NCBI GenBank assembly: GCA_964016885.1
Contig: OZ024742.1
Location: forward strand, 24,676,001-24,740,000
From: Eledone cirrhosa
Lineage: Eukaryota
Direction of reading: 5' to 3'
Length of the DNA: 64,000 bases
Both the position numbers and the translations under genes were made by a program. Positions 40,827 to 56,000 of this stretch are shown one piece after another (positions within the stretch are counted from its first letter, which is position 1; every line of letters begins with the position of its first letter). The notes beneath the pieces were generated by a model. The model worked only from the letters and a program-made list of their open reading frames with translations, was not told the origin of the DNA and made no database searches.

Positions 40827-41066
40827 TATTTCCTTCCAAAAATAGCCACAACCTTCACATTACTTCTGCTTTGAAGCAATACCTCTTATTTTCCTGTCTA
40901 TAGATAGATTTGCTCATTTGCAGGCACTGTTGGGAGTCTCAGGAGAACTTGCAACATATCTAGTGAGTGTAGTAGTGATGTTATCTGGCAGTTTACTTGT
41001 GAGGAGGTCAAGTAATATATCTTCTGATAATTTTGTCATTGGCTTCTCATCTTACTTGTAAGCAAA

Positions 41067-44000
41067 CAACCTATCTACTGAGGTTGGTAGTGTGGTTATT
41101 AGTGTATCATCTTATTTGTGAGGAGGACTAGCAACCTATCTACTGAGGAGGGTCGCATTGTCATTAGTGTATCATCTTATTTGTGAGAAGGACTAGCAAC
41201 CTATCTACTGAGGAGGGTAGTGTTGTCCTTAGTGTATCATATTATTTGTGAGGAGGACTAGCAATCTATCTACTGAGGAGGGTAGTGTTGTTATTAGTGT
41301 ATCATCTTATTTGTGAGGAGGACTAGCAACCTAACTGCTGAGGAGGGTAGTGTTGTCATTAGTGTATCATCTTATTTGTGAGGAGGACTAGCAACCTATC
41401 TACTGAGGAGGGTAGTGTTGTCATTAGTGTATCATCTTATTTGTGAGGAGGACTAGCAACCTATCTACTGAGGTTGGTAGTGTTGTCATTAGTGTATCAT
41501 CTTATTTGTGAGGGGGACTAGCAACCTATCTACTGAGGAGGGTAGTGTTGTCATTAGTGTATCATCTTATTTGTGAGGAGGACTAGCAACCTATCTACTG
41601 AGGAGGGTAGTGTTGTCATTAGTGTATCATCTTATTTGTGAGGGGGACTAGCAACCTATCTACTGAGGTTGGTAGTGTTGTCATTAGTGTATCATCTTAT
41701 TTGTGAGGGGGACTAGCAACCTATCTACTTAGGAGGGTAGTGTTGTCATTAGTGTATCATCTTATTTGTGAGGAGGACTAGCAACCTATCTACTTAGGAG
41801 GGTAGTGTTGTCATTAGTGTATCATCTTATTTGTGAGGAGGACTAGTAACCTATCTACTGAGGAGGGTAGTGTTGTCATTAGTGTATCATCTTATTTGTG
41901 AGGAGGACTAGCAACCTATCTACTGAGGAGGGTAGTGTTGTCTTTAGTGTATCATATTATTTGTGAGAAGGACTAGTAACCTATCTACTGAGGAGGGTAG
42001 TGTTGTCATTAGTGTATCATATTATTTGTGAGGAGGACTAGCAACCTATCTACTGAAGTTGGTAGTGTTGTCATTAGTGTATCATCTTATTTGTGAGGAA
42101 GACTAGCAACCTATCTACTGACGAGGGTAGTGTTGTCATTAGTGTATCATCTTATTTGTGAGGATGACTAGCAACCTATCTACTGAGGAGGGTAGTGTTG
42201 TCATTAGTGTATCATCTTATTTGTGAGGATGACTAGCAACCTATCTACTGAGGAGGGTAGTGTTGTCATTAGTGTATGACCTTATTTGTGAGGAGGACTA
42301 ACAACCTATCTACTGAGGAGGGTAGTGTTGTCATTAGTGTATCATCTTATTTGTGAGGAGGACTAGCAACCTATCTACTGAGGAGGGTAGTGTTGTCATT
42401 AGTGTATCATCTTATTTGTGAGGAGGACTAGCAACCTATCTACTGAGGAGGGTAGTGTTGTCATTAGTGTATCATCTTATTTGTGAGGAGGACTAGCAAC
42501 CTATCTACTTAGGAGGGTAGTGTTGTCATTAGTGTATCATCTTATTTGTGAGGAGGACTAGCAACCTATCTACTGAGGAGGGTAGTGTTGTCATTAGTGT
42601 ATCATCTTATTTGTGAGGGGGACTAGCTACCTATCTACTGAGGAGGGTAGTGTTGTCATTAGTGTATCATCTTATTTGTGAGGAGGACTAGCAACCTATC
42701 TACTGAGGAGGGTAGTGTTGTCATTAGTGTATGACCTTATTTGTGAGGAGGACTAACAACCTATCTACTGAGGAGGGTAGTGTTGTCATTAGTGTATCAT
42801 CTTATTTGTGAGGAGGACTAGCAACCTATCTACTGAGGAGGGTAGTGTTGTCATTAGTGTATGACCTTATTTGTGAGGAGGACTAGCAACCTATCTACTG
42901 AGGAGGGTAGTGTTGTCATTAGTGTATGACCTTATTTGTGAGGAGGACTAACAACCTATCTACTGAGGAGGGTAGTGTTGTTTTTAGTGTATGACCTTAT
43001 TTGTGAGGAGGACTAACAACCTATCTACTGAGGAAGGTAGTGTTGTCATTAGTGTATCATCTTATTTGTGAGGAGGACTAGCAACCTATCTACTGAGGAG
43101 GGTAGTGTTGTTTTTAGTGTATCATCTTATTTGTGAGGAGGACTAGCAACCTATCTACTGAGGAGGGTAGTGTTGTCATTAGTGTATGACCTTATTTGTG
43201 AGGAGGACTAACAACCTATCTACTGAGGAGGGTAGTGTTGTCATTAGTGTATCATCTTATTTGTGAGGAGGACTAGCAACCTATCTACTGAGGAGGGTAG
43301 TATTGTCATTAGTGTATCATCTTACTTGTGAGGATGATTAGCAACCTATCTACTGAGGAGGGTAGTATTTTCATTAGTGTATCATCTTACTTGTGAGGAT
43401 GATTAGCAACCTATCTACTGAGGAGGGTCGCATTGTCATTAGTGTATCATTTTATTTGTGAGGGGGACTAGCAACCTATCTACTGAGGAGGGTAGTGTTT
43501 TCATTAGTGTATCATCTTATTTGTGAGGAGCACTAGCAACCTGTCTACTTAGGAGGGTAGTGTTGTCATTAGTGTATCATCTTATTTGTGAGGAGGACTA
43601 GCAACCTATCTACTGAGGAGGGTACTGTTGTCATTAGTGTATCATCTTATTTGTGAGGAGGACTAGCAACCTATCTACTAAGGAGGGTAGTGTTGTCATT
43701 AGTGTATCATCTTATTTGTGAGGAGGACTAGCAACCTATCTACTGAGGAGGGTAGTGTTGTCTTTAGTGTATCATATTATTTGTGAGGAGGACTAGCAAC
43801 CTATCTACTGAGGAGGGTAGTGTTGTCTTTAGTGTATCATCTTATTTGTGAGGAGGACTAGCAACCTATCTACTGAGGAGGGTAGTGTTGTCATTAGTGT
43901 ATCATCTTATTTGTGAGGAGGACTAGTGCACCTATCTACTGAGGAGGGTAGTGTTGTCATTAGTGTATCATCTTATTTGTGAGGAGGACTAGCAACCTAT

Positions 44001-47000
44001 CTACTGAGGAGGGTAGTGTTGTCTTTAGTGTATCATATTATTTGTGAGGAGGACTAGCAACCTATCTACTGAGGAGGGTAGTGTTGTCATTAGTGTATCA
44101 TCTTTTTTGTGAGGAAGACTAGCAACCTATCTACTGACGAGGGTAGTGTTGTCATTAGTGTATCATCTTATTTGTGAGGAAGACTAGCAACCTATCTACT
44201 GACGAGGGTAGTGTTGTCATTAGTGTATCATCTTATTTGTGAGGAGGACTAGCAACCTATCTACTGAGGAGGGTAGTGTTGTCATTAGTGTATCATCTTA
44301 TTTGTGAGGAAGACTAGCAACCTATCTACCGAGGAGGGTAGTGTTGTCATTAGTGTATCATCTTATTTGTGAGGAGGACTAGCAACCTTTCTCCTGAGGA
44401 GGGTAGTGTTGTCATTAGTGTATCATCTTTTTTGTGAGAGGGACTAACAACCTATCTACTGAGGAGGGTAGTGTTGTCTTTAGAGTGTCATCTTATTTGT
44501 GAGGAGGACTAGCAACCTATCTACGTAGGTTGGTAGTGTTGTCCTTAGTGTATCATCTTATTTGTGAGGAGGACTAGCAACCTATCTACTGAGGAGGGTA
44601 GTGTTGTCATTAGTGTGTCATCTTGTTTGTGAGGAGGACTAGCAACCTATCTACCGAGGAGGGTAGTGTTGTCATTAGTGTATCATCTTATTTGTGAGGA
44701 GGACTAGCAACATATCTACTGAGGAGGATAGTGTTGTCATTAGTGTGTCATCTTGTTTGTGAGGAGGACTAGCAACCTATCTACTGAGGAGGGTAGTGTT
44801 GTCATTAGTGTATCATCTTATTTGTGAGGAGGACTAGCAACCTATCTACTGAGGAGGGTAGTGTTGTCATTAGTGTGTCATCTTGTTTGTGAGGAGGACT
44901 AGCAACCTATCTACCGAGGAGGGTAGTGTTGTCATTAGTGTATCATCTTATTTGTGAGGAGGACTAGCAACCTATCTACTGAGGAGGGTAGTGTTGTCAT
45001 TAGTGTATCATCTTATTTGTGAGGAGGACTAGCAACCTATCTACTGAGGAGGGTAGTGTTGTCATTAGTGTATCATCTTATTTGTGAGCAGGACTAGCAA
45101 CCTATCTACTGAGGAGGATAGTGTTGTCTTTAGTGTATCATATTATTTGTGAGGATGACTAGCAACCTATCTACTGAGGAGGGTAGTGTTGTCATTAGTG
45201 TATCATTTTATTTGTGAGGAGGACTAGCAACCTATCTACTGAGGAGGGTAGTGTTTTCATTAGTGTATCATATTATTTGTGAGGATGACTAACAACCTAT
45301 CTACTGAGGAGGGTAGTGTTGTCATTAGTGTATCATCTTATTTGTGAGGGGGATTGCAACATATCTACTGAGGAGGGTAGTGTTGTCATTAGTGTATCAT
45401 TTTATTTGTGAGGGGGACTAGCAACCTATCTACTGAGGAGGGTAGTGTTGTCATTAGTGTATCATCTTATTTGTGAGGAGCACTAGCAACCTGTCTACTT
45501 AGGAGGGTAGTGTTGTCATTAGTGTATCATCTTATTTGTGAGGCTGACTAGCAACCTATCTACTGAGGAGGGTAGTGTTGTCTTTAGTGTATCATATTAT
45601 TTGTGAGGAGGACTACCAACCTATCTACTGAGGAGGGTAGTGTTGTCTTTAGTGTATCATCTTATTTGTGAGGAAGACTAGCAACCTATCTACTGAGGAG
45701 GGTAGTGTTGTCATTAGTGTATCATCTTATTTGTGAGGGGGACTAGCAACCTATCTACTGAGGAGGGTAGTGTTGTCATTAGTGTATCATCTTATTTGTG
45801 AGGATGACTAGCAACCTATCTACTGAGGAGGGTAGTGTTGTCCTTAGTGTATCATCTTATTTGTGAGGAGGACTAGCAACCTATCTACTGAGGAGGGTAG
45901 TGTTGTCATTAGTGTATCATCTTATTTGTGAGGAGGACTAGCAACCTATCTACTGAGGAGGGTAGTGTTGTCATTAGTGTATCATCTTATTTGTGAGGAG
46001 GACTAGCAACCTATCTACTTAGGAGGGTAGTGTTGTCATTAGTGTATCATCTTATTTGTGAGGAGGACTAGCAACCTATCTACTGAGGAGGGTAGTGTTG
46101 TCATTAGTGTATCATCTTATTTGTGAGGGGGACTAGCTACCTATCTACTGAGGAGGGTAGTGTTGTCATTAGTGTATCATCTTATTTGTGAGGAGGACTA
46201 GCAACCTATCTACTGAGGAGGGTAGTGTTGTCATTAGTGTATGACCTTATTTGTGAGGAGGACTAACAACCTATCTACTGAGGAGGGTAGTGTTGTCATT
46301 AGTGTATCATCTTATTTGTGAGGAAGACTAGCAACCTATCTACCGAGGAGGGTAGTGTTGTCATTAGTGTATCATCTTATTTGTGAGGAGGACTAGCAAC
46401 CTTTCTCCTGAGGAGGGTAGTGTTGTCATTAGTGTATCATCTTTTTTGTGAGAGGGACTAACAACCTATCTACTGAGGAGGGTAGTGTTGTCTTTAGAGT
46501 GTCATCTTATTTGTGAGGAGGACTAGCAACCTATCTACGTAGGTTGGTAGTGTTGTCCTTAGTGTATCATCTTATTTGTGAGGAGGACTAGCAACCTATC
46601 TACTGAGGAGGGTAGTGTTGTCATTAGTGTGTCATCTTGTTTGTGAGGAGGACTAGCAACCTATCTACCGAGGAGGGTAGTGTTGTCATTAGTGTATCAT
46701 CTTATTTGTGAGGAGGACTAGCAACATATCTACTGAGGAGGGTAGTGTTGTCATTAGTGTATCATCTTATTTGTGAGGAGGACTAGCAACCTATCTACTG
46801 AGGAGGGTAGTGTTGTCATTAGTGTATCGTCTTATTTGTGAGGAGGACTAGCAACCTATCTACTGAGGAGGGTAGTGTTGTCATTAGTGTATCATCTTAT
46901 TTGTGAGCAGGACTAGCAACCTATCTACTGAGGAGGATAGTGTTGTCTTTAGTGTATCATATTATTTGTGAGGAGGACTAGCAACCTATCTACTGAGGAG

Positions 47001-50000
47001 GGTAGTGTTGTCATTAGTGTATCATCTTATTTGTGAGCAGGACTAGCAACCTATCTACTGAGGAGGATAGTGTTGTCTTTAGTGTATCATATTATTTGTG
47101 AGGAGGACTAGCAACCTATCTACTGAGGAGGGTAGTGTTGTCATTAGTGTATCATCTTATTTGTGAGCAGGACTAGCAACCTATCTACTGAGGAGGATAG
47201 TGTTGTCTTTAGTGTATCATATTATTTGTGAGGATGACTAGCAACCTATCTACCGAGGAGGGTAGTGTTGTCATTAGTGTATCATCTTATTTGTGAGGAG
47301 GACTAGCAACATATCTACTGAGGAGGGTAGTGTTGTCATTAGTGTATCATCTTATTTGTGAGGAGGACTAGTAACCTATCTACTGAGGAGGGTAGTGTTG
47401 TCATTAGTGTATCATCTTATTTGTGAGGAGGACTAGCAACCTATCTACTGAGGAGGGTAGTGTTGTCATTAGTGTATCATCTTATTTGTGAGCAGGACTA
47501 GCAACCTATCTACTGAGGAGGATAGTGTTGTCTTTAGTGTATCATATTATTTGTGAGGATGACTAGCAACCTATCTACTGAGGAGGGTAGTGTTGTCATT
47601 AGTGTATCATATTATTTGTGAGGATGACTAACAACCTATCTACTGAGGAGGGTAGTGTTGTCATTAGTGTATCATTTTATTTGTGAGGAGGACTAGCAAC
47701 CTATCTACTGAGGAGGGTAGTGTTGTCATTAGTGTATCATTTTATTTGTGAGGGGGACTAGCAACATATCTACTGAGGTTGGTAGTGTTGTCATTAGTGT
47801 ATCATTTTATTTGTGAGGAGGACTAGCAACCTATCTACTGAGGAGGGTAGTGTTGTCATTAGTGTATCATCTTATTTGTGAGGGGGACTAGCAACCTATC
47901 TACTGAGGAGGGTAGTGTTGTCATTAGTGTATCATTTTATTTGTGAGGAGGACTAGCAACCTATCTACTGAGGAGGGTAGTGTTGTCATTAGTGTATCAT
48001 CTTATTTGTGAGGGGGACTAGCAACATATCTACTGAGGAGGGTAGTGTTGTCATTAGTGTATCATTTTATTTGTGAGGGGGACTAGCAACCTATCTACTG
48101 AGGAGGGTAGTGTTGTCATTAGTGTATCATCTTATTTGTGAGGAGCACTAGCAACCTGTCTACTTAGGAGGGTAGTGTTGTCATTAGTGTATCATCTTAT
48201 TTGTGAGGCTGACTAGCAACCTATCTACTGAGGAGGGTAGTGTTGTCTTTAGTGTATCATATTATTTGTGAGGAGGACTACCAACCTATCTACTGAGGAG
48301 GGTAGTGTTGTCTTTAGTGTATCATCTTATTTGTGAGGAAGACTAGCAACCTATCTACTGAGGAGGGTAGTGTTGTCATTAGTGTATCATCTTATTTGTG
48401 AGGGGGACTAGCAACCTATCTACTGAGGAGGGTAGTGTTGTCATTAGTGTATGACCTTATTTGTGAGGAGGACTAACAACCTATCTACTGAGGAGGGTAG
48501 TGTTGTCATTAGTGTATCATCTTATTTGTGAGGAGGACTAGCAACCTATCTACTGAGGAGGGTAGTGTTGTCATTAGTGTATCATCTTATTTGTGAGGAG
48601 GACTAGCAACCTATCTACTGACGAGGGTAGTGTTGTCATTAGTGTATCATCTTATTTGTGAGGATGACTAGCAACCTATCTACTGAGGAGGGTAGTGTTG
48701 TCATTAGTGTATCATCTTATTTGTGAGGAGGACTAGCAACCTATCTACTGAGGAGGGTAGTGTTGTCATTAGTGTATCATCTTATTTGTGAGGAGGACTA
48801 GCAACCTATCTACTGAGGAGGGTAGTGTTGTCATTAGTGTATCATCTTATTTGCGAGGAGGACTAGCAACCTTTCTCCTGAGGAGGGTAGTGTTGTCATT
48901 AGTGTATCATCTTATTTGTGAGGGGGACTAGCTACCTATCTACTGAGGAGGGTAGTGTTGTCATTAGTGTATCATCTTATTTGTGAGGAGGACTAGCAAC
49001 CTATCTACTGAGGAGGGTAGTGTTGTCATTAGTGTATCATCTTATTTGTGAGGATGACTAGCAACCTATCTACTGAGGAGGGTAGTGTTGTCATTAGTGT
49101 ATCATCTTATTTGTGAGGAGGACTAGCAACCTATCTACTGAGGAGGGTAGTGTTGTCATTAGTGTATCATCTTATTTGTGAGGAGGACTAGCAACCTATC
49201 TACTGAGGAGGGTAGTGTTGTCATTAGTGTATCATCTTATTTGTGAGGAGGACTAGCAACCTATCTACTGAGGAGGGTAGTGTTGTCATTAGTGTATCAT
49301 CTTATTTGCGAGGAGGACTAGCAACCTTTCTCCTGAGGAGGGTAGTGTTGTCATTAGTGTATCATCTTATTTGTGAGGGGGACTAGCTACCTATCTACTG
49401 AGGAGGGTAGTGTTGTCATTAGTGTATCATCTTATTTGTGAGGAGGACTAGCAACCTATCTACTGAGGAGGGTAGTGTTGTCATTAGTGTATCATCTTAT
49501 TTGTGAGGATGACTAGCAACCTATCTACTGAGGAGGGTAGTGTTGTCATTAGTGTATCATCTTATTTGTGAGGAGGACTAGCAACCTATCTACTGAGGAG
49601 GGTAGTGTTGTCATTAGTGTATCATCTTATTTGTGAGGAGGACTAGCAACCTATCTACTGAGGAGGGTAGTGTTGTCATTAGTGTATCATCTTATTTGTG
49701 AGGATGACTAGCAACCTATCTACTGAGGAGGGTAGTGTTGTCATTAGTGTATCATCTTATTTGTGAGGAGGACTAGCAACCTATCTACTGAGGAGGGTAG
49801 TGTTGTCATTAGTGTATCATCTTATTTGTGAGGATGACTAGCAACCTATCTACTGAGGAGGGTAGTGTTGTCATTAGTGTATCATCTTATTTGTGAGGAG
49901 GACTAGCAACCTATCTACTGAGGAGGGTAGTGTTGTCATTAGTGTATCATCTTATTTGTGAGGAGGACTAACAACCTATCTACTGAGGAGGGTAGTGTTG

Positions 50001-53000
50001 TCATTAGTGTATCATCTTATTTGTGAGGAGGACTAGCAACCTATCTACTGAGGAGGGTAGTGTTGTCATTAGTGTATCATCTTATTTGTGAGGAGGACTA
50101 GCAACCTATCTACTGAGGAGGGTAGTGTTGTCATTAGTGTATCATCTTATTTGTGAGGAGGACTAGCAACCTATCTACTGAGGAGGGTAGTGTTGTCATT
50201 AGTGTATCATCTTATTTGTGAGGAGGACTAACAACCTATCTACTGAGGAGGGTAGTGTTGTCATTAGTGTATCATCTTATTTGTGAGGAGGACTAGCAAC
50301 CTATCTACTGAGGAGGGTAGTGTTGTCATTAGTGTATCATCTTATTTGTGAGGATGACTAGCAACCTATCTACTGAGGAGGGTAGTGTTGTCATTAGTGT
50401 ATGACCTTATTTGTGAGGAGGACTAACAACCTATCTACTGAGGAGGGTAGTGTTGTCATTAGTGTATCATCTTATTTGTGAGGAGGACTAGCAACCTATC
50501 TACTGAGGAGGGTAGTGTTGTCATTAGTGTATCATCTTATTTGTGAGGAGGACTAGCAACCTATCTACTGAGGAGGGTAGTGTTGTCATTAGTGTATCAT
50601 CTTATTTGTGAGGAGGACTAGCAACCTATCTACTTAGGAGGGTAGTGTTGTCATTAGTGTATCATCTTATTTGTGAGGAGGACTAGCAACCTATCTACTG
50701 AGGAGGGTAGTGTTGTCATTAGTGTATCATCTTATTTGTGAGGGGGACTAGCTACCTATCTACTGAGGAGGGTAGTGTTGTCATTAGTGTATCATCTTAC
50801 TTGTGAGGAGGACTAGCAACCTATCTACTGAGGAGGGTAGTGTTGTCATTAGTGTATCATCTTATTTGTGAGGAGGACTAGCAACCTATCTACTGAGGAG
50901 GGTAGTGTTGTCATTAGTGTATGACCTTATTTGTGAGGAGGACTAACAACCTATCTACTGAGGAGGGTAGTGTTGTCATTAGTGTATCATCTTATTTGTG
51001 AGGAGGACTAGCAACCTATCTACTGAGGAGGGTAGTGTTGTCATTAGTGTATGACCTTATTTGTGAGGAGGACTAGCAACCTATCTACTGAGGAGGGTAG
51101 TGTTGTCATTAGTGTATCATCTTATTTGTGAGGAGGACTAGCAACCTATCTACTGAGGAGGGTAGTGTTGTCATTAGTGTATGACCTTATTTGTGAGGAG
51201 GACTAACAACCTATCTACTGAGGAGGGTAGTGTTGTTTTTAGTGTATGACCTTATTTGTGAGGAGGACTAACAACCTATCTACTGAGGAAGGTAGTGTTG
51301 TCATTAGTGTATCATCTTATTTGTGAGGAGGACTAACAACCTATCTACTGAGGAGGGTAGTGTTGTCATTAGTGTATCATCTTATTTGTGAGGAGGACTA
51401 GCAACCTATCTACTGAGGAGGGTAGTATTGTCATTAGTGTATCATCTTATTTGTGAGGGGGACTAGCTACCTATCTACTTAGGAGGGTAGTGTTGTCATT
51501 AGTGTATCATCTTACTTGTGAGGATGATTAGCAACCTATCTACTGAGGAGGGTAGTATTTTCATTAGTGTATCATCTTACTTGTGAGGATGATTAGCAAC
51601 CTATCTACTGAGGAGGGTCGCATTGTCATTAGTGTATCATTTTATTTGTGAGGGGGACTAGCAACCTATCTACTGAGGAGGGTAGTGTTTTCATTAGTGT
51701 ATCATCTTATTTGTGAGGAGCACTAGCAACCTGTCTACTTAGGAGGGTAGTGTTGTCATTAGTGTATCATCTTATTTGTGAGGAGGACTAGCAACCTATC
51801 TACTGAGGAGGGTACTGTTGTCATTAGTGTATCATCTTATTTGTGAGGAGGACTAGCAACCTATCTACTAAGGAGGGTAGTGTTGTCATTAGTGTATCAT
51901 CTTATTTGTGAGGAGGACTAGCAACCTATCTACTGAGGAGGGTAGTGTTGTCTTTAGTGTATCATATTATTTGTGAGGAGGACTAGCAACCTATCTACTG
52001 AGGAGGGTAGTGTTGTCTTTAGTGTATCATCTTATTTGTGAGGAGGACTAGCAACCTATCTACTGAGGAGGGTAGTGTTGTCATTAGTGTATCATCTTAT
52101 TTGTGAGGAGGACTAGTGCACCTATCTACTGAGGAGGGTAGTGTTGTCATTAGTGTATCATCTTATTTGTGAGGAGGACTAGCAACCTATCTACTGAGGA
52201 GGGTAGTGTTGTCTTTAGTGTATCATATTATTTGTGAGGAGGACTAGCAACCTATCTACTGAGGAGGGTAGTGTTGTCATTAGTGTATCATCTTTTTTGT
52301 GAGGAAGACTAGCAACCTATCTACTGACGAGGGTAGTGTTGTCATTAGTGTATCATCTTATTTGTGAGGAAGACTAGCAACCTATCTACTGACGAGGGTA
52401 GTGTTGTCATTAGTGTATCATCTTATTTGTGAGGAGGACTAGCAACCTATCTACTGAGGAGGGTAGTGTTGTCATTAGTGTATCATCTTATTTGTGAGGA
52501 AGACTAGCAACCTATCTACCGAGGAGGGTAGTGTTGTCATTAGTGTATCATCTTATTTGTGAGGAGGACTAGCAACCTTTCTCCTGAGGAGGGTAGTGTT
52601 GTCATTAGTGTATCATCTTTTTTGTGAGAGGGACTAACAACCTATCTACTGAGGAGGGTAGTGTTGTCTTTAGAGTGTCATCTTATTTGTGAGGAGGACT
52701 AGCAACCTATCTACGTAGGTTGGTAGTGTTGTCCTTAGTGTATCATCTTATTTGTGAGGAGGACTAGCAACCTATCTACTGAGGAGGGTAGTGTTGTCAT
52801 TAGTGTGTCATCTTGTTTGTGAGGAGGACTAGCAACCTATCTACCGAGGAGGGTAGTGTTGTCATTAGTGTATCATCTTATTTGTGAGGAGGACTAGCAA
52901 CCTATCTACTGAGGAGGGTAGTGTTGTCATTAGTGTATCATCTTATTTGTGAGGAGGACTAGCAACCTATCTACTGAGGAGGGTAGTGTTGTCATTAGTG

Positions 53001-56000
53001 TATCATCTTATTTGCGAGGAGGACTAGCAACCTTTCTCCTGAGGAGGGTAGTGTTGTCATTAGTGTATCATCTTATTTGTGAGGGGGACTAGCTACCTAT
53101 CTACTGAGGAGGGTAGTGTTGTCATTAGTGTATCATCTTATTTGTGAGGAGGACTAGCAACCTATCTACTGAGGAGGGTAGTGTTGTCATTAGTGTATCA
53201 TCTTATTTGTGAGGATGACTAGCAACCTATCTACTGAGGAGGGTAGTGTTGTCATTAGTGTATCATCTTATTTGTGAGGAGGACTAGCAACCTATCTACT
53301 GAGGAGGGTAGTGTTGTCATTAGTGTATCATCTTATTTGTGAGGAGGACTAGCAACCTATCTACTGAGGAGGGTAGTGTTGTCATTAGTGTATCATCTTA
53401 TTTGTGAGGAGGACTAGCAACCTATCTACTGAGGAGGGTAGTGTTGTCATTAGTGTATCATCTTATTTGCGAGGAGGACTAGCAACCTTTCTCCTGAGGA
53501 GGGTAGTGTTGTCATTAGTGTATCATCTTATTTGTGAGGGGGACTAGCTACCTATCTACTGAGGAGGGTAGTGTTGTCATTAGTGTATCATCTTATTTGT
53601 GAGGAGGACTAGCAACCTATCTACTGAGGAGGGTAGTGTTGTCATTAGTGTATCATCTTATTTGTGAGGATGACTAGCAACCTATCTACTGAGGAGGGTA
53701 GTGTTGTCATTAGTGTATCATCTTATTTGTGAGGAGGACTAGCAACCTATCTACTGAGGAGGGTAGTGTTGTCATTAGTGTATCATCTTATTTGTGAGGA
53801 GGACTAGCAACCTATCTACTGAGGAGGGTAGTGTTGTCATTAGTGTATCATCTTATTTGTGAGGATGACTAGCAACCTATCTACTGAGGAGGGTAGTGTT
53901 GTCATTAGTGTATCATCTTATTTGTGAGGAGGACTAGCAACCTATCTACTGAGGAGGGTAGTGTTGTCATTAGTGTATCATCTTATTTGTGAGGATGACT
54001 AGCAACCTATCTACTGAGGAGGGTAGTGTTGTCATTAGTGTATCATCTTATTTGTGAGGAGGACTAGCAACCTATCTACTGAGGAGGGTAGTGTTGTCAT
54101 TAGTGTATCATCTTATTTGTGAGGAGGACTAACAACCTATCTACTGAGGAGGGTAGTGTTGTCATTAGTGTATCATCTTATTTGTGAGGAGGACTAGCAA
54201 CCTATCTACTGAGGAGGGTAGTGTTGTCATTAGTGTATCATCTTATTTGTGAGGAGGACTAGCAACCTATCTACTGAGGAGGGTAGTGTTGTCATTAGTG
54301 TATCATCTTATTTGTGAGGAGGACTAGCAACCTATCTACTGAGGAGGGTAGTGTTGTCATTAGTGTATCATCTTATTTGTGAGGAGGACTAACAACCTAT
54401 CTACTGAGGAGGGTAGTGTTGTCATTAGTGTATCATCTTATTTGTGAGGAGGACTAGCAACCTATCTACTGAGGAGGGTAGTGTTGTCATTAGTGTATCA
54501 TCTTATTTGTGAGGATGACTAGCAACCTATCTACTGAGGAGGGTAGTGTTGTCATTAGTGTATGACCTTATTTGTGAGGAGGACTAACAACCTATCTACT
54601 GAGGAGGGTAGTGTTGTCATTAGTGTATCATCTTATTTGTGAGGAGGACTAGCAACCTATCTACTGAGGAGGGTAGTGTTGTCATTAGTGTATCATCTTA
54701 TTTGTGAGGAGGACTAGCAACCTATCTACTGAGGAGGGTAGTGTTGTCATTAGTGTATCATCTTATTTGTGAGGAGGACTAGCAACCTATCTACTTAGGA
54801 GGGTAGTGTTGTCATTAGTGTATCATCTTATTTGTGAGGAGGACTAGCAACCTATCTACTTAGGAGGGTAGTGTTGTCATTAGTGTATCATCTTATTTGT
54901 GAGGAGGACTAGCAACCTATCTACTGAGGAGGGTAGTGTTGTCATTAGTGTATCATCTTATTTGTGAGGAGGACTAGCAACCTATCTACTGAGGAGGGTA
55001 GTGTTGTCATTAGTGTATCATCTTATTTGCGAGGAGGACTAGCAACCTTTCTCCTGAGGAGGGTAGTGTTGTCATTAGTGTATCATCTTATTTGTGAGGG
55101 GGACTAGCTACCTATCTACTGAGGAGGGTAGTGTTGTCATTAGTGTATCATCTTATTTGTGAGGAGGACTAGCAACCTATCTACTGAGGAGGGTAGTGTT
55201 GTCATTAGTGTATCATCTTATTTGTGAGGATGACTAGCAACCTATCTACTGAGGAGGGTAGTGTTGTCATTAGTGTATCATCTTATTTGTGAGGAGGACT
55301 AGCAACCTATCTACTGAGGAGGGTAGTGTTGTCATTAGTGTATCATCTTATTTGTGAGGAGGACTAGCAACCTATCTACTGAGGAGGGTAGTGTTGTCAT
55401 TAGTGTATCATCTTATTTGTGAGGATGACTAGCAACCTATCTACTGAGGAGGGTAGTGTTGTCATTAGTGTATCATCTTATTTGTGAGGAGGACTAGCAA
55501 CCTATCTACTGAGGAGGGTAGTGTTGTCATTAGTGTATCATCTTATTTGTGAGGATGACTAGCAACCTATCTACTGAGGAGGGTAGTGTTGTCATTAGTG
55601 TATCATCTTATTTGTGAGGAGGACTAGCAACCTATCTACTGAGGAGGGTAGTGTTGTCATTAGTGTATCATCTTATTTGTGAGGAGGACTAACAACCTAT
55701 CTACTGAGGAGGGTAGTGTTGTCATTAGTGTATCATCTTATTTGTGAGGAGGACTAGCAACCTATCTACTGAGGAGGGTAGTGTTGTCATTAGTGTATCA
55801 TCTTATTTGTGAGGAGGACTAGCAACCTATCTACTGAGGAGGGTAGTGTTGTCATTAGTGTATCATCTTATTTGTGAGGAGGACTAGCAACCTATCTACT
55901 GAGGAGGGTAGTGTTGTCATTAGTGTATCATCTTATTTGTGAGGAGGACTAACAACCTATCTACTGAGGAGGGTAGTGTTGTCATTAGTGTATCATCTTA

